Assembly: GCF_009914755.1 (NCBI RefSeq)
Contig: NC_060928.1
From: the human T2T-CHM13v2.0 reference genome, Homo sapiens
DNA length: 64,000 nucleotides
Direction: 5' to 3' (one strand)
Part shown: in pieces, positions 49,611-64,000 of the stretch
Layout of the letters: each line of letters opens with the position of its first letter
How positions within the stretch are numbered: position 1 is the first letter of the stretch
Position numbers and translations under genes: made by a program
Notes under the pieces: generated by a model
Database searches by the model: none
Told to the model about the DNA's origin: nothing
What the model saw: only the letters and a program-made list of their open reading frames with translations

Positions 49611-52019
49611 GTTTGGGGGTTTGGTAATGACAGTGAGGCCTTTGAGCTGCACTGAAGCTGGTCTCTTAGGACAACAACAATTAGAGGAGGAAGGAAGGTA
49701 AAGGAGGCCTAAGACAGTCAGGGGGAGGGAGACTCCCCATTCACTGACCTGTCAGTTCAGGCCTGGGCTCTTGCCACCTGTGATCCTGTTCATCATTTGG
49801 TTAGGTACCCAAAGCTTATGTGAAGAACAAATTGTTTGGAATAAATTTGTGGGAACCTCTGATAATCACTGTATATGAAATAGAATACAATTTTGAGAAA
49901 AAATCATTAGGTTTTGAAGAACAGTTAAAATATTTTTAAAGAATATGGAGAATTGGAACAATTTCTCTGAGAATTAGACATTTTGAAACTATATATTAAT
50001 ATTTACTCATCTGCTCCTTAAATGCAGCACATTTCTGATGCTAAAGTATTAAGATGAGAGCAAAGTGAGAGGGGGGTGGGAAAATAGTTTCTTAGTCATA
50101 TGTTCTCTGGGTGTCCACATCTTTGAAAGCCCGTGTACAGGATTTTATGTTGTGGATCACTGGCAATAATATACAGTCTCAGTAGAGAGTATGAAGGTTA
50201 CACCCTGCTGTGGCTCCTTTTTCTTACAATTTACTGGCCATTGCTACATAGAAATCAAGTCACAATGGAAATATTTATATTTAAAAACTCCAGACTATTT
50301 CAGGAGCAAAATTACTCATGACTGAGTTACAACTGGATGCATCAGCTCATTTAGCAGTTGCCTCCTTAGCTTTGAAACATCAACTGTGACATAAATCAAG
50401 ATGTACATTAACAAGGATGGTATAAAACATCTGTGAATTCTAAATAAGGGAAAATCACATTAGTCACCATGCAAACAATGTGTATGATAATTTACATAAA
50501 GGCAGGAGGTAGCCAGGAACTCAAACAGACCAAAGAACTGAAATAGACCTCTTATCCGAATGCAAATAGTATACAAAAGGAACTATCTGTCTTCTCATTT
50601 TTTTTCCTGAGCATGTAAGAAATAGTTATACAAATTGAATAATATTATTTCTATTGAATTAAGAGAAAAAGGCTCTTCTTGAAAGAAGGGAACATAATTT
50701 CTTCTTGAAGCATGTAAGTCCTGGCAGATAATCCTCTGAGTGTCTAAGCCATCACATGCTGCCCCTGTGGAGTCAGCTGGAACAGTTTGCTGCTCATTTC
50801 TGAATGCAAACTGTGTCTCTAAAGTTCTTGACTATGGTCAACTTCAAAGAAAGGCAAGTCCTAAATACCCCATACAAAAAGAAATCGGCCTTCTAACCCC
50901 AAGCATGGTCATTGTAAGTACCTTTTGGCATCAGATAACTTATGTGTCTGATTGCATTATGTTCTGAGCTGATGTATTTCTACTAGCAGTGAATAAAAAC
51001 TGAAGATGGCTAAGTGTATGCATCACAAAATATTAAGAGAAATTTTCAAGTTATCATGTCCTTTATTTTCCGTGGATAATGACACATGAAATTAATCAAG
51101 TAGCCTAAGGAATCACAAATGCAGAAAGTTGTGGAGCTAAGAAACAGGTCTTCTTTCTTTGTCCTCCTTAACATCATAAAAGTTCTTATTTCAACAAGCA
51201 ATGTACCTGAAGTTAGCAGTTTGTTTCATCTATAATTTGCGCTGTATAACAATGAGAATGATATTCTCGTTATTCTTGGTATAACAGGCTGTTCCTATCC
51301 TTGCCCCCATTAACAATAAAAACCCATGCAGTTTTCAGCCATTATCATTTTTCTCCTGATAAACCATCTGTGACATGGAGACCTTGAAGCCGGGAGTTCT
51401 GGCCACAATGCTCAATAGACTATGCATACAGCTTTTTCAGAGGTAATCACTGTAAAAAAAAAAAAAAAAAAAAAGATACCAGCTCCAGTGTTATTCTTCT
51501 CTCTTATAAGTTTTGTTTTGCTCCTTTTTATACATCTAATGTAATGTGAGTTCACATGAATTCAGCCCAAGGCATTTTGCCTGACAATAGAAACTACATC
51601 TAAGGCTAGTGCTTAAGTAGGTGCTAGAGCTGTCTTTTCCCTTAATTCCAGCTGCTCTTGATGCTATATTTAATGCAATAACTAGAAGGAAAATGTTCTC
51701 ACTACAGAGCTGCTTTGTCCCTATTTCATTGTCTTTCCTTACAGAGTTCAGAAATCATCTGTCTTTTGGATAGACTAGGTCCCTGTAAATTGATCTTGAC
51801 TCAAATAAAAAGGAATCAGATGGCAAATAAACTCGTATCCCCACCAACTGGTTTCATAAATAAATAAGAACATGTGGCTCTCCAGAGCCTGCTGGTTTTG
51901 ACCTCAAGCCTTTATAAAGCTGAAGGCTATTACAAAGTGATATGCAGATAATATCTAAAAATCAGTTATAGAAGTAGATCTAAAATAGAGGTTAATAGAT
52001 CAATTCTTTTGTGTATGCA

Positions 52020-52432
52020 TGTATTAATCAGGATTCTTCAGAAAAACAGAACCAATGGGATATGTATATGTATATAGAGAGATTTATTTTAAGGAATTGG
52101 CTCATGTAATTGTGGAGGCTTGGTGAATCCAAAATCTGATGGGCGAGGCTGGCAGGCTGGAGACTCAGGAAAGAGTTGCAGTTTGCGTCTGAAGACAGTC
52201 TGCTGGCAGAGTTCCTTCTTTCTAGGGGGAAATCGTCTTTGTTCTATTAAGGCCTTCAACTGATTGTTTGAGGCCCACCCAGATTAGGGAGGGTAATGCT
52301 TTACTCAGGTCCACTGATTAAAATGTTAGTCCTATTCAAAACACACCTACACAGAAACATCCAGAATAATGTTTGACCAAATACCTGGGTACTTCGACCT
52401 ATACAAACTGACACATAGAATTATCTATCATA
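52020..52432 (-). mobile_element. MLT2 (ERVL) solo LTR
   Basis: TGTATTAATCAGGATTCT.CAGA.AAACAGAACCAAT..CTGACACATAGAATTATCTATCATA; 5-bp TSD atgca/gtgca. Confidence 0.9.
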
Positions 52433-54234
52433 GTGCACATATACTCCTTAATGTTAAATAAACAACACCCATACTTCAGTATCCCTTCAGAGATTTACAA
52501 AAGCTCAGAAAATCATTTGAGCAGGCAATGCTTCTATTTTCCATGCACGTCCCAAGGACAAGAGATTACTTTTTTAAATTGTAGCTGTGGACTGTTAATG
52601 CATATAAAATCAGGAAGTCCTCCACTGTCCACCCTCAGGTGTCATACCTGGTGTTCTGTTGTCCCATGCTATTTCTTGGGGGAGTGGAGCTTCCTATATT
52701 AGTGGACATCTGTAAGCCCTATAAATAGTCACTTAGAAAGTAACTTTAATGTTTATCTTGAAGTAAGAAATGAGGTTGTTGTCTCACAGATAGAAATAAT
52801 TTTAATTTTTTGAAATTATAAAATATGAACACTCTATATGTATATGTGTGTGTCTGTGTGTATGAATTTTTATTTTTTTTTACCAAGGCAGTGTGTATCT
52901 ATAAATAGAAAAAAAATTATCTTCAGCTCATAATGTTTTGGGGGTGAACTACATTTTATCTTTTTAGTTGAATTTTCTCTTTCCTTTGGGAGCATCTGAA
53001 CCAACAACAAAACTAGGCCCAGAAGACGGTGTCTCCCCTGTTAACTTCTGGGCTTCCTCCTTTGTTCTTATCTTTGTTAATCTGAGTGCAGAACCCCCTC
53101 TCTTTTTGACTTATCAAAAAAAAAACCATAAACATGGAAAGAAATATCAAGCTGAAGAAGGAATGTGCATTTTAAGAAAAAAAAATGTCCTTTCATGCAT
53201 CAGTTGAAAATGGAAGTCCAGGGCTCTACTGTTCTTAGAATGTGAGCTGTCCTCAGCTCATTTGAGTCATACTATTAATATGAATAGTGTGAAAATGAGG
53301 TCAGTGTAATTATTTCTTTAAAGTGGGCTTGTACCAAGCCTAATTTTGTTTTGTATCCCATGAGATTTTTACATTTTTAGTAATAATAATAACAGGTCAG
53401 GGTATACTGTAGAAAGTGAGAATTTAAACTGTATCTTACTGGCAGTAAATTGTTCCTTTGAAGTAAATGATCTCTTATAGGTAGTTTGGCTTTTTGGGAA
53501 AGATAATTTCCCTCACATGAATTAAGAGGAGAAGTTTCTTATTTGTCTTATTATGCATGAGATCAGTTCCCAAAATAACTATGCTAATAACCAGATAAAA
53601 ACCTTACAGAGATGTAAATACTAATATCATATGGGGAGAATTTTATAACTTTTGGAGATATTTCTCATCTAGTCTAATTTAATTGTTCTCATAGCTGTTC
53701 TCAGATTGTTCTCAGATGTTATCAGCATCTGAGTTGAACATTAAAAGTAAAACTGAGCAAAACAAATGAAGCAAGATATCTTTTGAACAATAATATTTAG
53801 AAATATTTGCACTTAACTTTCACAGCAAATTTTAAACTTCCTTTGCTGGCTGCCATGGCCCAGAAATTTGACTAGAGACAAAGTCTGTTTTATTTTTAGT
53901 TTTGTCCATATTTAATGGTAAGGCATGACTTTGAATCACAAACATTTTTTCATTTGCAAAATAGGTGATACGAGTTCAATGTATAAACTAGGAAAACGGC
54001 AAACAATATTTAATAATTGCGTGCTCTGGGAAAACATATTATGATACAGACGTTAAATTCAGAGTATTTAACTTCTCCAGAGAATATGAGAATTACTAAA
54101 TCAGTTACTGGATATTTTTAAATGTTCAAATGCTAATTTGATACAAGTCCTAGAGAATAGTTCAGATAATGACCTATGTCAAATACTTTGGAGATATATA
54201 TTAGGAAGAATAATCATAGGTCAGAAAGAGCTTC

Positions 54235-54810
54235 TATTCATCCAGCAAATATTTATTGATGGCTTACTATGTGCTTTATGTCCTGTGTTAGATACTATGA
54301 ATATCATTTTATATAGCAGAAACATGGTCCCTGCTTTTGTGGGACTTCAAGCCCAGTGGAGAAGATACATAGTATACACACATACATGCACAAATGTACA
54401 TGCATGCCCTTTGTGATGAGTGCTATAAAAGAAAAGTTTGGTGCTGTGTGAGAGAATAACCTTGGTGGTGGTTGTTGGGATGGTGGACTATATACAGGAA
54501 GATCATGAAATGGTCTCTGTGATTTGACATTTATGCTATGATGTGAAGGTTAAGGAGACTGCTGTGCAAAGAATGAAAGAAAAAGCATTACAGGGAGAAA
54601 GAAGAGCATGTGTGAAAGCCCTAAGACAGGAAAGAACTTGGCAAGTTTCTGAAATTGAAAGGCAGCCAATGGGACTGGAGCCCAGAGAGCAAGAGAGAGA
54701 GAAGGGGTTTGGACTTGTAGTGTCTGTATCATCATGACCATTGCAGGCATTAGGATCTTACCCTAAATGCAAGTGGAAGCCATTGAAAGGTTTATCAAAA
54801 GGACAGGTAT
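54235..54810 (-). mobile_element. L2 3' region
   Basis: TTCATCCAGCAAATATTTATTGA..AGCATGTGTGAAAGCCCTAAG..GGAAGCCATTGAAAGGTTT. Confidence 0.8.
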
Positions 54811-55479
54811 ATGACCATTCAGGCAAAGGTGAAAGCTCATGCTATTTATTTCATGGTTTTAAATGTAGTGTATTTTGTTATTTTTTGACGTATGATATTC
54901 TTGTTTTTTGTTTTGTTTTGTTTTGTTTTTTGCTTTAGAGTCAATTTTGGTACAGAAGTAGCAGTTATCTCTAATAATTACCTAAGAGAGAGCGGAAATT
55001 CTACAATTTGACCTCGAGAAAGTTGCTTAGCCCTTCTTTTCCATGCCAGAACTCTGAATTTTAATAAGATATGGTAAAGCTATTTTTAAGGCAGTGATCC
55101 AAGAAGATATACTTTGAAGTGTATTTCCTTTTTGTTGTATTTCTGACTATATATTTTCTAAAGGCCTATTAAAAAGTACTATTCTTCAAAGATAATCTAT
55201 AAATATACACAATGATTTTCAAAATATCATTCCCAAACCATTTTATCAAAGTTACTGTTTACTATTCTGTTTGATTGCACAGTGGTGTAGTTCCTTCAGA
55301 GACTTTTGGGGAAGGCAGGAGAAGGACAGAGCATATGGAGGATGTCATGATGAAATAATGCTTCCCAAGGAAGTATAAGGAAATATTTCTTTGGTTCTGT
55401 ACTAGGCAGAAACCCAATACAAATGAAGCATCAAGAGCATTACTATTTCCCAAGAAAGATCATGAGTGTATTTCATGGT

Positions 55480-55853
55480 TCTATTAGTTCATTTTCACAC
55501 TGCTATAAAGAATTGCTTCAGACTGAGTAATTTATAAAGGAAGGAGGTTTAATTGACTCACAGTTCCACATGGCTGGAGAGGCCTCAGGAAACTTACAAT
55601 CATAGCGGAAGGCACAGGGGAAGCAGACACCTTCTTCACAAGGTCGCAGGAGGAAGAAGTGCCAAGTGAAGGGGGAAGAGCCCCTCATGAAACCATCAGA
55701 TCTCATGAGAACTCACTATCACGAAAACAGCATGGGGGAAACTGCCCCCATGATTCATTTACCTCCATCTGGTCTCTCCCTTGACATGTGGGGATTACGG
55801 GGACTACAATTCAAGATGAGATTTTTGTGGGGACAGAAAGCCTAACTATATCA
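55480..55853 (-). mobile_element. THE1 (THE1D-like) solo LTR
   Basis: 374 bp ending ..CTATATCA; perfect 5-bp TSD atggt (55475-55479, 55854-55858). Confidence 0.93.
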
Positions 55854-56099
55854 ATGGTGATTCTGTTTGTATCTGTTCTTTAAATTAATTTGTTGTAAAT
55901 GAAAGAATGGAGTTTGTTGCTTCAAGTGGAGGAAAAAAATCATAATATTCTATCCTTTAAAAAATGAGGTGTCTTATACTGATAAAAGAAATTATAAAAT
56001 ATGACAGGAAATGTATATGGACCACATGTGTTTTCTCTAAAAGTGAAAAATATTTTTTGTGTTCACAAATCTATAGTTTATATAACCAGAGTCTCGAAT

Positions 56100-56952
56100 A
56101 AAAACAAACAACCCCATCAAAAAGTGGGCGAAGGATATGAACAGACACTTCTCAAAACATTTATGCAGCCAACAGACACAGGAAAAAATGCTCATCATCA
56201 CTGGCCATCAGAGAAATACAAATCAAAACCACAATGAGATATCATCTCACACCAGTTAGAAAGGCGATCATTAAAAAGTCAGGAAACAACAGGTGCTGGA
56301 GAGGATGTGAAGAAATAGGAACACTTTTACACTGTTGGTGGGACTGTAAACTAGTTCAACCATTGTGGAAGACAGTGTGGCGATTCCTCAAGGATCTAGA
56401 ACTAGAAATACCATTTGACCCAGCCATCCCATTACTGGCTATATACCCAAAGGATTATAAATCATGCTGCTATAAAGACACATGCACACGTATGTTTACT
56501 GCGGCACTATTCACAACAGCAAAGACTTGGAACCAACCCAAATGTCCGTCAATGATAGACTGGATTAAGAAAATGTGGCACATATACACCATGGAATACT
56601 ATGCAGCCATAAAAAAGGATGAGTTCATGTCCTTTGTAGTGACATGGATGGAGCTGGAAACCATCATTCTCAGCAAACTATCACAAGGACAAAAAACCAA
56701 ACACCGCATGTTCTCACTCATAGGTGGCGACTGAACAATGAGAACACTTGGCCACAGGAAGGGGAACATCACACACCGGGGCGTGTTGTAGGGTGGAGGG
56801 AGGGGGAGGGATAGCATTAGGAGGTATACCTAATGTAAATGACGAGTTAATGGGTGCAGCACACCAACATGGCACATGTATACATATGTAAACAAACCTG
56901 CACGTTGTGCACATGTACCCTAGAACTTAAAGTATTAAAAAAAAAAAAAAAA
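56100..56952 (+). mobile_element. 5'-truncated L1PA (about PA4-6) with poly(A) tail
   Basis: ORF 56234-56734 is the ORF2 C-terminus ([30 protein letters not shown]); G-rich 3' UTR; A tail. Confidence 0.96.
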
Positions 56953-58584
56953 GCCATACAGCCTTTGTCCACTTCCCTGGTTCTCAGTTTTCCCATAGGC
57001 AAAGGCAAAGATGAAGCAGCTAGGGAGGTGCGTTCTTGCTCACATCCCATGTGACTTTCTTGCCCTGAGTTGCTAAGGAAGTGGGCGTGGCTCAGTCTAG
57101 GCACTGCTGTCCAGCTGCAGTGGACTCTGTGCTCTTGCCGCTAAGGTTTAGAGTAGAAAGTTACAACCAGCTCTGAGATTTTCCTTCACTCCTTAGAAAG
57201 TTCAAGGAAGAAATTACACACGCGGTGGCCATGATTGACTACAGTGAACGGGAAGGAGACTAAGAGACCATAAGGTGGTTTCCATTAAGGGGAAATTTTA
57301 CTCCAGGGGCACATTATAGTTAAGTTTCTTGGTTAACAGTCTCGTAGTTTATTAGTCTCTGACCTTGTGCTGCTGATTTGCAGCTTTGTAACCTGCTCCT
57401 GCTTCAGTGTCCTCTTGCTTTGCCTGCTTTTGAAAGAAGGAAAAGAATAAAACACCGAACTTATGATGACACTGATTTTACATTAAAATCTGGGGCTGAA
57501 GTTGGTGTGTAAGGGATGTGGCCACTTCCATCTGTGGATCTGTGGCTACTATTGGATTCGTTTTTTTAAAAATGTAGTTCTGTTGAAAATCATCTTCTGA
57601 TAGACGTATAATTTTACCACAAACTCCAGATAAAGCATCTGAATGGAAATACTTAGAGATATCTTCACAGAAGTCATTTCTTGTGTTTTCTGAACTAATT
57701 GTTAAATAAATTCTACAAGCTAGATAATATTCCAATTTTAGGAACAAAACCAAGGCTCAGAGAAATTAAATCACTTATTCAGAGTCACAAGTAATAACTA
57801 TTAGGGCAGGGAATGTCTTATGGGTGAGTGAGATTAGCAGTCATAGACCTGTCGGTTTTTCCCTTGCTTCACCAGCATGCTAAACTCATCATTTTTGCAA
57901 TATTAAATACAGAGATAATGAGGGCATAGCACAATCAGAATAATAGCATAAATGTTTATCTTTAACGTATTAAAAATATGTCTGTTGTGTATTCATGGCA
58001 ACAATTAAGCTCCTGGTCAGGCCAAAGGGTGAGAATGTTTAAATGAGTCTTTTTCTGCCACCCATTATCAACTAGGAAAATCAATACTAATGGGGGAAGC
58101 ACAAGAGCAATGACTAAGTTCGTTACATGTGATCAGAAAGTGAAACACATCTACCATGTTAATGTAGCTTTCAATTTATGGTGACATTTACTGAAAATAC
58201 TCTGCAATATTTGGCAAAGTTAAAAGAGAGATTGTTCCCCAATTAACGAGAGGATCAAAGAGTGAAGATTAGGGAGGGAAGTAGTGTCTTTTTTTTAAGA
58301 AGCAAAATGTTTGGAAAGGTCAGGCTTTGAGTGAGCTAACCTCCACCACTTTTAGTATTCAGGTTGACTAATGAGCGCTTCACTCATCATTCTAATGGAT
58401 GCATTTATGCTAGGAAAGAATAATAAAATGCTCCTCAACAATGGGGGGGACCAATGGCAACTTTATACGGACAGACACGTAATCATTTCTCCATTATCTA
58501 AGCTACCCTCAAAAATTAGAGTTGAATATAAGCTGCTATCCTATACTATAATCATTTTATTCAATATTTTGGATTATTTCATCT

Positions 58585-58695
58585 AATCAATCATTTAACA
58601 ATTATTTATTGAGCTTCTACTATGTCAAGACCTGTTCTAGACTCAGGAAACTAGTATACAAAGCCCTCGACCTCATGGAAACTTTATTCTGAGAT
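58585..58695 (-). mobile_element. L2 3' end fragment
   Basis: TCATTTAACAATTATTTATTGAGCTTCTACTATGTCAAGAC. Confidence 0.65.
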
Positions 58696-61600
58696 ATCTT
58701 TACAGGAATTATCTAGATATAGTTTAGAAAATTACTTTTCTTGCATCTGATTCTTCTTGGGGAGGTAACATTTTCCCCCTCTGAACATAGAATTTACAGT
58801 CTATTAAAGCAACTGCGTAGATCCTAGCAATATGTTATGCAATATGTGAATCCTCTCTATGTGAAGAAAATTAACAGCTGTAAAAGTTTAAATCTGTGGG
58901 AGGTTACTAGGATGAATAATATAACTTCTACCCTCTCCCTACTTTCTTCTTATACGTTGTGTCACCTTGGGAAAAAAGTTTCTGTTTTGGCATTGCATAC
59001 AATTTCAAGGATCTAAAATGCAAGAAACAAATTTTGTGCCAAAGGATACTATCTGTAACTTTAATGTTTTTTAAGTGCTTGCTATTGAGGTGGCAAATAA
59101 AGTTTTGTTAGAAATAGTGGGGCCTAAAAAGATACAGTATTACTTACTGTTTTGTTTTAGTGAGTCCCATGAAACACTAATGTCTTGGGAATATTTTTTC
59201 CCCATGTATTAACAATTAACATTTTGGGAGAAATTCTTCTCTTAAAAAGATGAACTCTTGACCATTGCAGAAAGAGGATTCCCTCAAGATTTTGCTAGGA
59301 TGCTCTTGTGTTATATGTTCTAATATCCTGAAGAAGTGCATAATTATAGTATTGTCTACCTTTTTTTTTTATCATTGGCTTTTATTCTGCCTGTCATCTT
59401 TTTCTGAACTTGCAAGCATATTTGTTCAGCCTCCCCTTGCTACTGAACAGTTTGTTTTCCTCTTCCTAAGGAAAATACGATCTATTTTATGCTATTTTCT
59501 ATCTTGTTTGCAGTGTACCTTTTCCGCTAGGATTCTAAGGATGTTTTAAATTTCTCATTGTGATAATATAATATTTGCAATTTCTAGTTTTCACCAAAAA
59601 TAAGTTTAAATGAGGATCAAGTTATGTCACATGCTGAGTTTTGTCTTTCACATTTGTGCTCTACCTTGACAACAACATTTACTTGGAAGAAACCAAAATG
59701 CTAGCTTTCCCATTCTCAGTGCTATCTACATTTCTATTAAGAGCCACATAACACAGAGATGGCTTCTGTTTTTTTATTTGAAGACCTGATGCTTCTTCAA
59801 CTATCAAAACATATCCAAAGTCTGCCTCTCCTGGCACACTAATGTCTACAGAACACTTTTCAAATAAGAAATAAAATATTGCAACTTGTTTTGATAAAAC
59901 CCATATTGTATTAAATGTTAATTTTAAGTGAACCTTGTAATGATTTCTTCAAATAATAAATAGAGATTTAAAAACAGCCCTTTTCTAATGTCAAGGAGGT
60001 TTTAAAAATATGCTGAACTGCCGCAAGGATGCTGCCTGGATTCTTTGGTAAGTAGCCTAGAGGAAACAAATAAAATCACTAAAAAGAACTCCTAAAAGAT
60101 AATCACATGTAAAATAGGAAATATAAGCTAAAAGGGCAATTTTCTCCATAAAGAAGTTGAAATCACAGGTGAAGCACTCAGTAAGTAATATAAGAACTTC
60201 TGATTCGGTTTGTTCTACTCACTCAGACCTCTGTGGGAATGAAACACTTTAGAACCTGTGACTTTAACTGCTGGATGCTAGGTAGAGGTTGTTTTCTTTG
60301 AGGTCCTAATTTATACAGCATTGCTTAGAGCTTACTCAGGCTCTGTGAGTCTGGGGGAGCAGAGTGGAATCTTGGAAGAAGAGCAGCTGTTTCCTCACAA
60401 ATGTACATAGTTTTACGCTAGGAACTCCCCTTCCCCCAACTTTGGCTGTGAAAAACGTCTTTTGTGGAAATAAGTATGTGTATTTCCGGAAGATAAATAA
60501 AAGCTGGTATATAAATTTACTCTCTATATAGCACATAGACACTGAGATTTACCTGACACAAGCAAACTAATTATATCAAATTAATTAATTGGCAAAAATA
60601 AAGTTTTTTATGTTTTGTAGATGAAAACAATTATTTTATTAACTACATCTTTTTTCTTTAACATTTGGACTTCTGAGTGCTTATTTACTGCACTGAAACT
60701 GAAAAAGCTGTACATAAAATTTATTTTTAGAGTTTAGATTTTGTACGTGAATTTTACATGCCTGAGTTTGTTTTTTTAATTGAAATATTGGATAATATAT
60801 TCCATTTGACAGGGCTACTATAAGAGATTTTTTATTCATTGTAGGTTCTTTCTCTCTATTTTTCTCCAGTAGTTAACGTTGTATACCTTTCATACCTTAT
60901 CATGGGCCATTATGTTTGATAAAACATCAGTTCTATTTTTTCTCACTAAAGACATCAGCTAAATATTCTAATAAAGTCACAAATCTTTCACAGAACACAC
61001 AATGCCAAGACAGCTGGTCTCTTCTATGTTTCCTCAGACAGCACCTTTTTCCCCCATAATTCTCATGCAGGAGTCATTATTTTGGGTTTCAAGATGTAAT
61101 GGCTAGTGAAGACATGATGGGAAGATTGTTTATCTTTAGAAGGCAGCCAAAGTGGCACTTTTCAAAGCTCTGGTTGAAAGGATGCTGAGATATTTGGGAG
61201 TGGAGTTTGGAATTGGGAATTTCCTAGATGATCCTATAACTCTTTGGGGAAAGTTGCTATTTTAATGGATAAATAATTCCACTCGTTTAAAAAACAGACA
61301 TGTTACTTCTTTAAAAAGCTGTTTCTACATCTTTCCTCCCCAATTAAAAGTCTCTCATTTTGTAGATGTGGCTTTAATTTGAAGCAATATGGTATTCTCT
61401 CCCCACCCCATTCTAACTAAACAAACTCTGTAAGAATTAGCTTTGAGTTATTCCATCTGTGGACTTTTAATTTTGTCATAAAAACACAGAAGCCTGGCAG
61501 GAAACTCTTTCCAACTGGCTACATGTATCATCTTGTCTGAAAGCTGGTTAAGTAAGTATGGCATTTAGAATGAAATTAAAAAAAAAAAAACTTCATTTAT

Positions 61601-63441
61601 GGAACTAGTTCACACGAAGTGTTTGCCCACTTCTTTGACCATCTGTTTATGTTGACAACCACCGCCCCACATTGTGCCAAAGTGCCCTTGGCTATTAAAA
61701 ACAGTGTTTTGTGTGTGAGTGGTATGTGTGTCCTCACACATGTATGTGTTTCTGGGGTGCTGTTTTCTTGAGAAACATCTTGTTAAAGGTTGAATATGGT
61801 CTATGTGGAGATATTTCAGGTCAGTTGCTGTTCAGAAAACATTGTGCTGAAAATGCTACAAGCCCACTCATTTTAAAAGGTGTTCCCCCCGCCTCCCGAA
61901 TATACTGAAATTTCTTTTAAAAGGCTATGAATATATTATCAAAATACCTGTTGAATTTGGCTATAATGGTAATGATATTATATGTTGAAGGTGAATCAAA
62001 ATATGAATCTAAACATGTCTGAGTACAGAAATACTTTGGAATGATTCAGGAATTCGAAGCTGTTGGCAAGATTCCTTTTGCCAACAGGAATATTGGAGTT
62101 GACATTTAATTCACCAGATGATAGGGGAAAACTTCTTTTCTATTGAACAATGTAAAGACTTTGGGGACAAGATGGCCTCCTTGGAGATGAAGGACTGTGG
62201 ACAGGGGCATCATTGTCATTTTTATTGCTTTGAATAACTGTATATTAAAGGTTTTAAACAACTTATTAAAAGCCAATCAGTGAACAACACTACTTCAAGC
62301 ACTGAGCTGGAGAAATAAAAAAGCACATTCTCAGCTGTACCAAAACTGTAATTCTAGTGGGAAGGAGGAGACACTAATGATAAGAAAGATAAAAAGAGAT
62401 GGATTTTGTCAAATGGAGATAAAATATTTATAGGAGTTCCAAGGATAGAGAAGTCTTGGTGGGCTGCTGAGTACCAACGACAAGCCAGTTTCAATTCCTT
62501 AAATCCCTGAAATTATCTGGAATGTACATGGCAGCACCTGTGAGGCTCCAAACCTCCACTGAACATTGAAATGCATATAACACCTGAGAAGCACGATGAA
62601 CACAGTGAGGTTTATATACTTGAGTAACTCACAGGGATAGGATGCAGGCTTAGAAACAAATTAAGTGTGTGGCTTGGGGACTAGTGTAATAAACTGTCAC
62701 AGGACTCTCTTAGGTAAGGTTGAGTGCATATCCTTTGTCTGGCTCTAATCTGTAATTATTATTTTTATTATTACATTTTAATCTTCCAAGACTGATTTTC
62801 TTTTTTACATTTGGTTTGTCAGCTTTTCAAATAGGTTTGCATTTTCTCAAATAATTTCCCATGTTTTATCATCAATTGCTTTAGAATTATTTCTCAGAGC
62901 CCGAGTCTGGGCTGAATAACAGATATCATTTCTGACAGCTGTAAAGTGAGGCTAACGAACATCCCAATGAGGATGTACCATGCCAGGTTCATCCATCCAG
63001 CTGAATTTGTATTGTGAGTGCAAATAGCTGCATGTCATGGCCCACTGCTGCCCAGGGCTGGAGTCATTTATTTAATAACTCAGTTCACAGGCATTACAGG
63101 GGAACTGTAGCATTTCATATTATTCAAGACAAATAAAAAATCAAAAAATTTTACATGGAGAAAAGTAACATTTCAGTTCTTCCCATTGACTGAGGCTGTT
63201 TAAATACTAACCGTGACAGTTAGTCCTGAGGTATAAAACATTAACAATTTATATTAGGTTCGGAAACGGTATCTCCAACTGTGTCATTTGATGGCATGTA
63301 GTTTTTCTTTGGGTTTATTGGAGAGGAATTTTAAGATGTGTTTATTTCTCTAACCTTCAGTTATTTAATGTGCAGACCATTCATGCAGTTTAGCAAACTG
63401 AACTTGCTTCTAGTTGTTAATACTTAGAAATGCTTGTGAGG

Positions 63442-63874
<433 letters not shown>

Positions 63875-64000
63875 TCAGCTTTATTTTGAATACTACAAAG
63901 TTGTCACTGAAACAGCAAGCTGCAAGTAAAACGATGAAAATTAATTTTATCAGGGGCAGGGAGGATGTAAAAAGAGCGTTAAAATAAAAACATAAAGAGA

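Noticed and set aside
51454-51473. Poly(A) tract as a retrocopy tail (also poly(T) at ~23478-23499)
   Set aside because: No flanking TSD or adjacent element body; these are simple mononucleotide runs.
57478-57753. 91-aa minus-strand ORF with protein-like composition
   Set aside because: It has a non-ATG start in MIR-like sequence, weak splice signals and no recognised family.
62060-62087. 10-bp inverted repeat CTGTTGGCAA-N8-TTGCCAACAG as an NFI site or terminator
   Set aside because: The half-site spacing is 12 rather than the 5 needed for NFI, and intrinsic terminators are not relevant here. It may be chance.

Overview
AT-rich primate genomic DNA, most likely human or ape (it carries Alu, L1PA/PB, THE1, MADE1 and Tigger1). 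I find no intact protein-coding gene, RNA gene or CpG island. All recognisable ORFs in the track are decayed L1 ORF1/ORF2, Tigger1 transposase, Alu or microsatellite translations. Bases 1-21.7 kb are almost entirely nested transposons: old L1s, THE1, L1PA, L1PB, Alu and a full-length Tigger1. The rest mixes unique DNA with L2, MIR, MLT, MST, Alu and L1. The most notable signal is a dense record of unusual DNA repair and insertion events. These include three twin-priming-type 5'-inverted L1s, two ~70-bp inverted templated insertions, and a collapsed L1PB that keeps both ends and its TSD. There are also a head-to-head Alu palindrome, a tail-less Alu fragment and a poly(A)-only insertion with a TSD. 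Unique DNA holds a TALE/HOX motif cluster, an ancient 130-bp duplication and a few exon-like segments. Repeat subfamily names come from my recall of consensus sequences, and boundaries without TSDs are approximate. I found no evidence for a genuinely new biological system.
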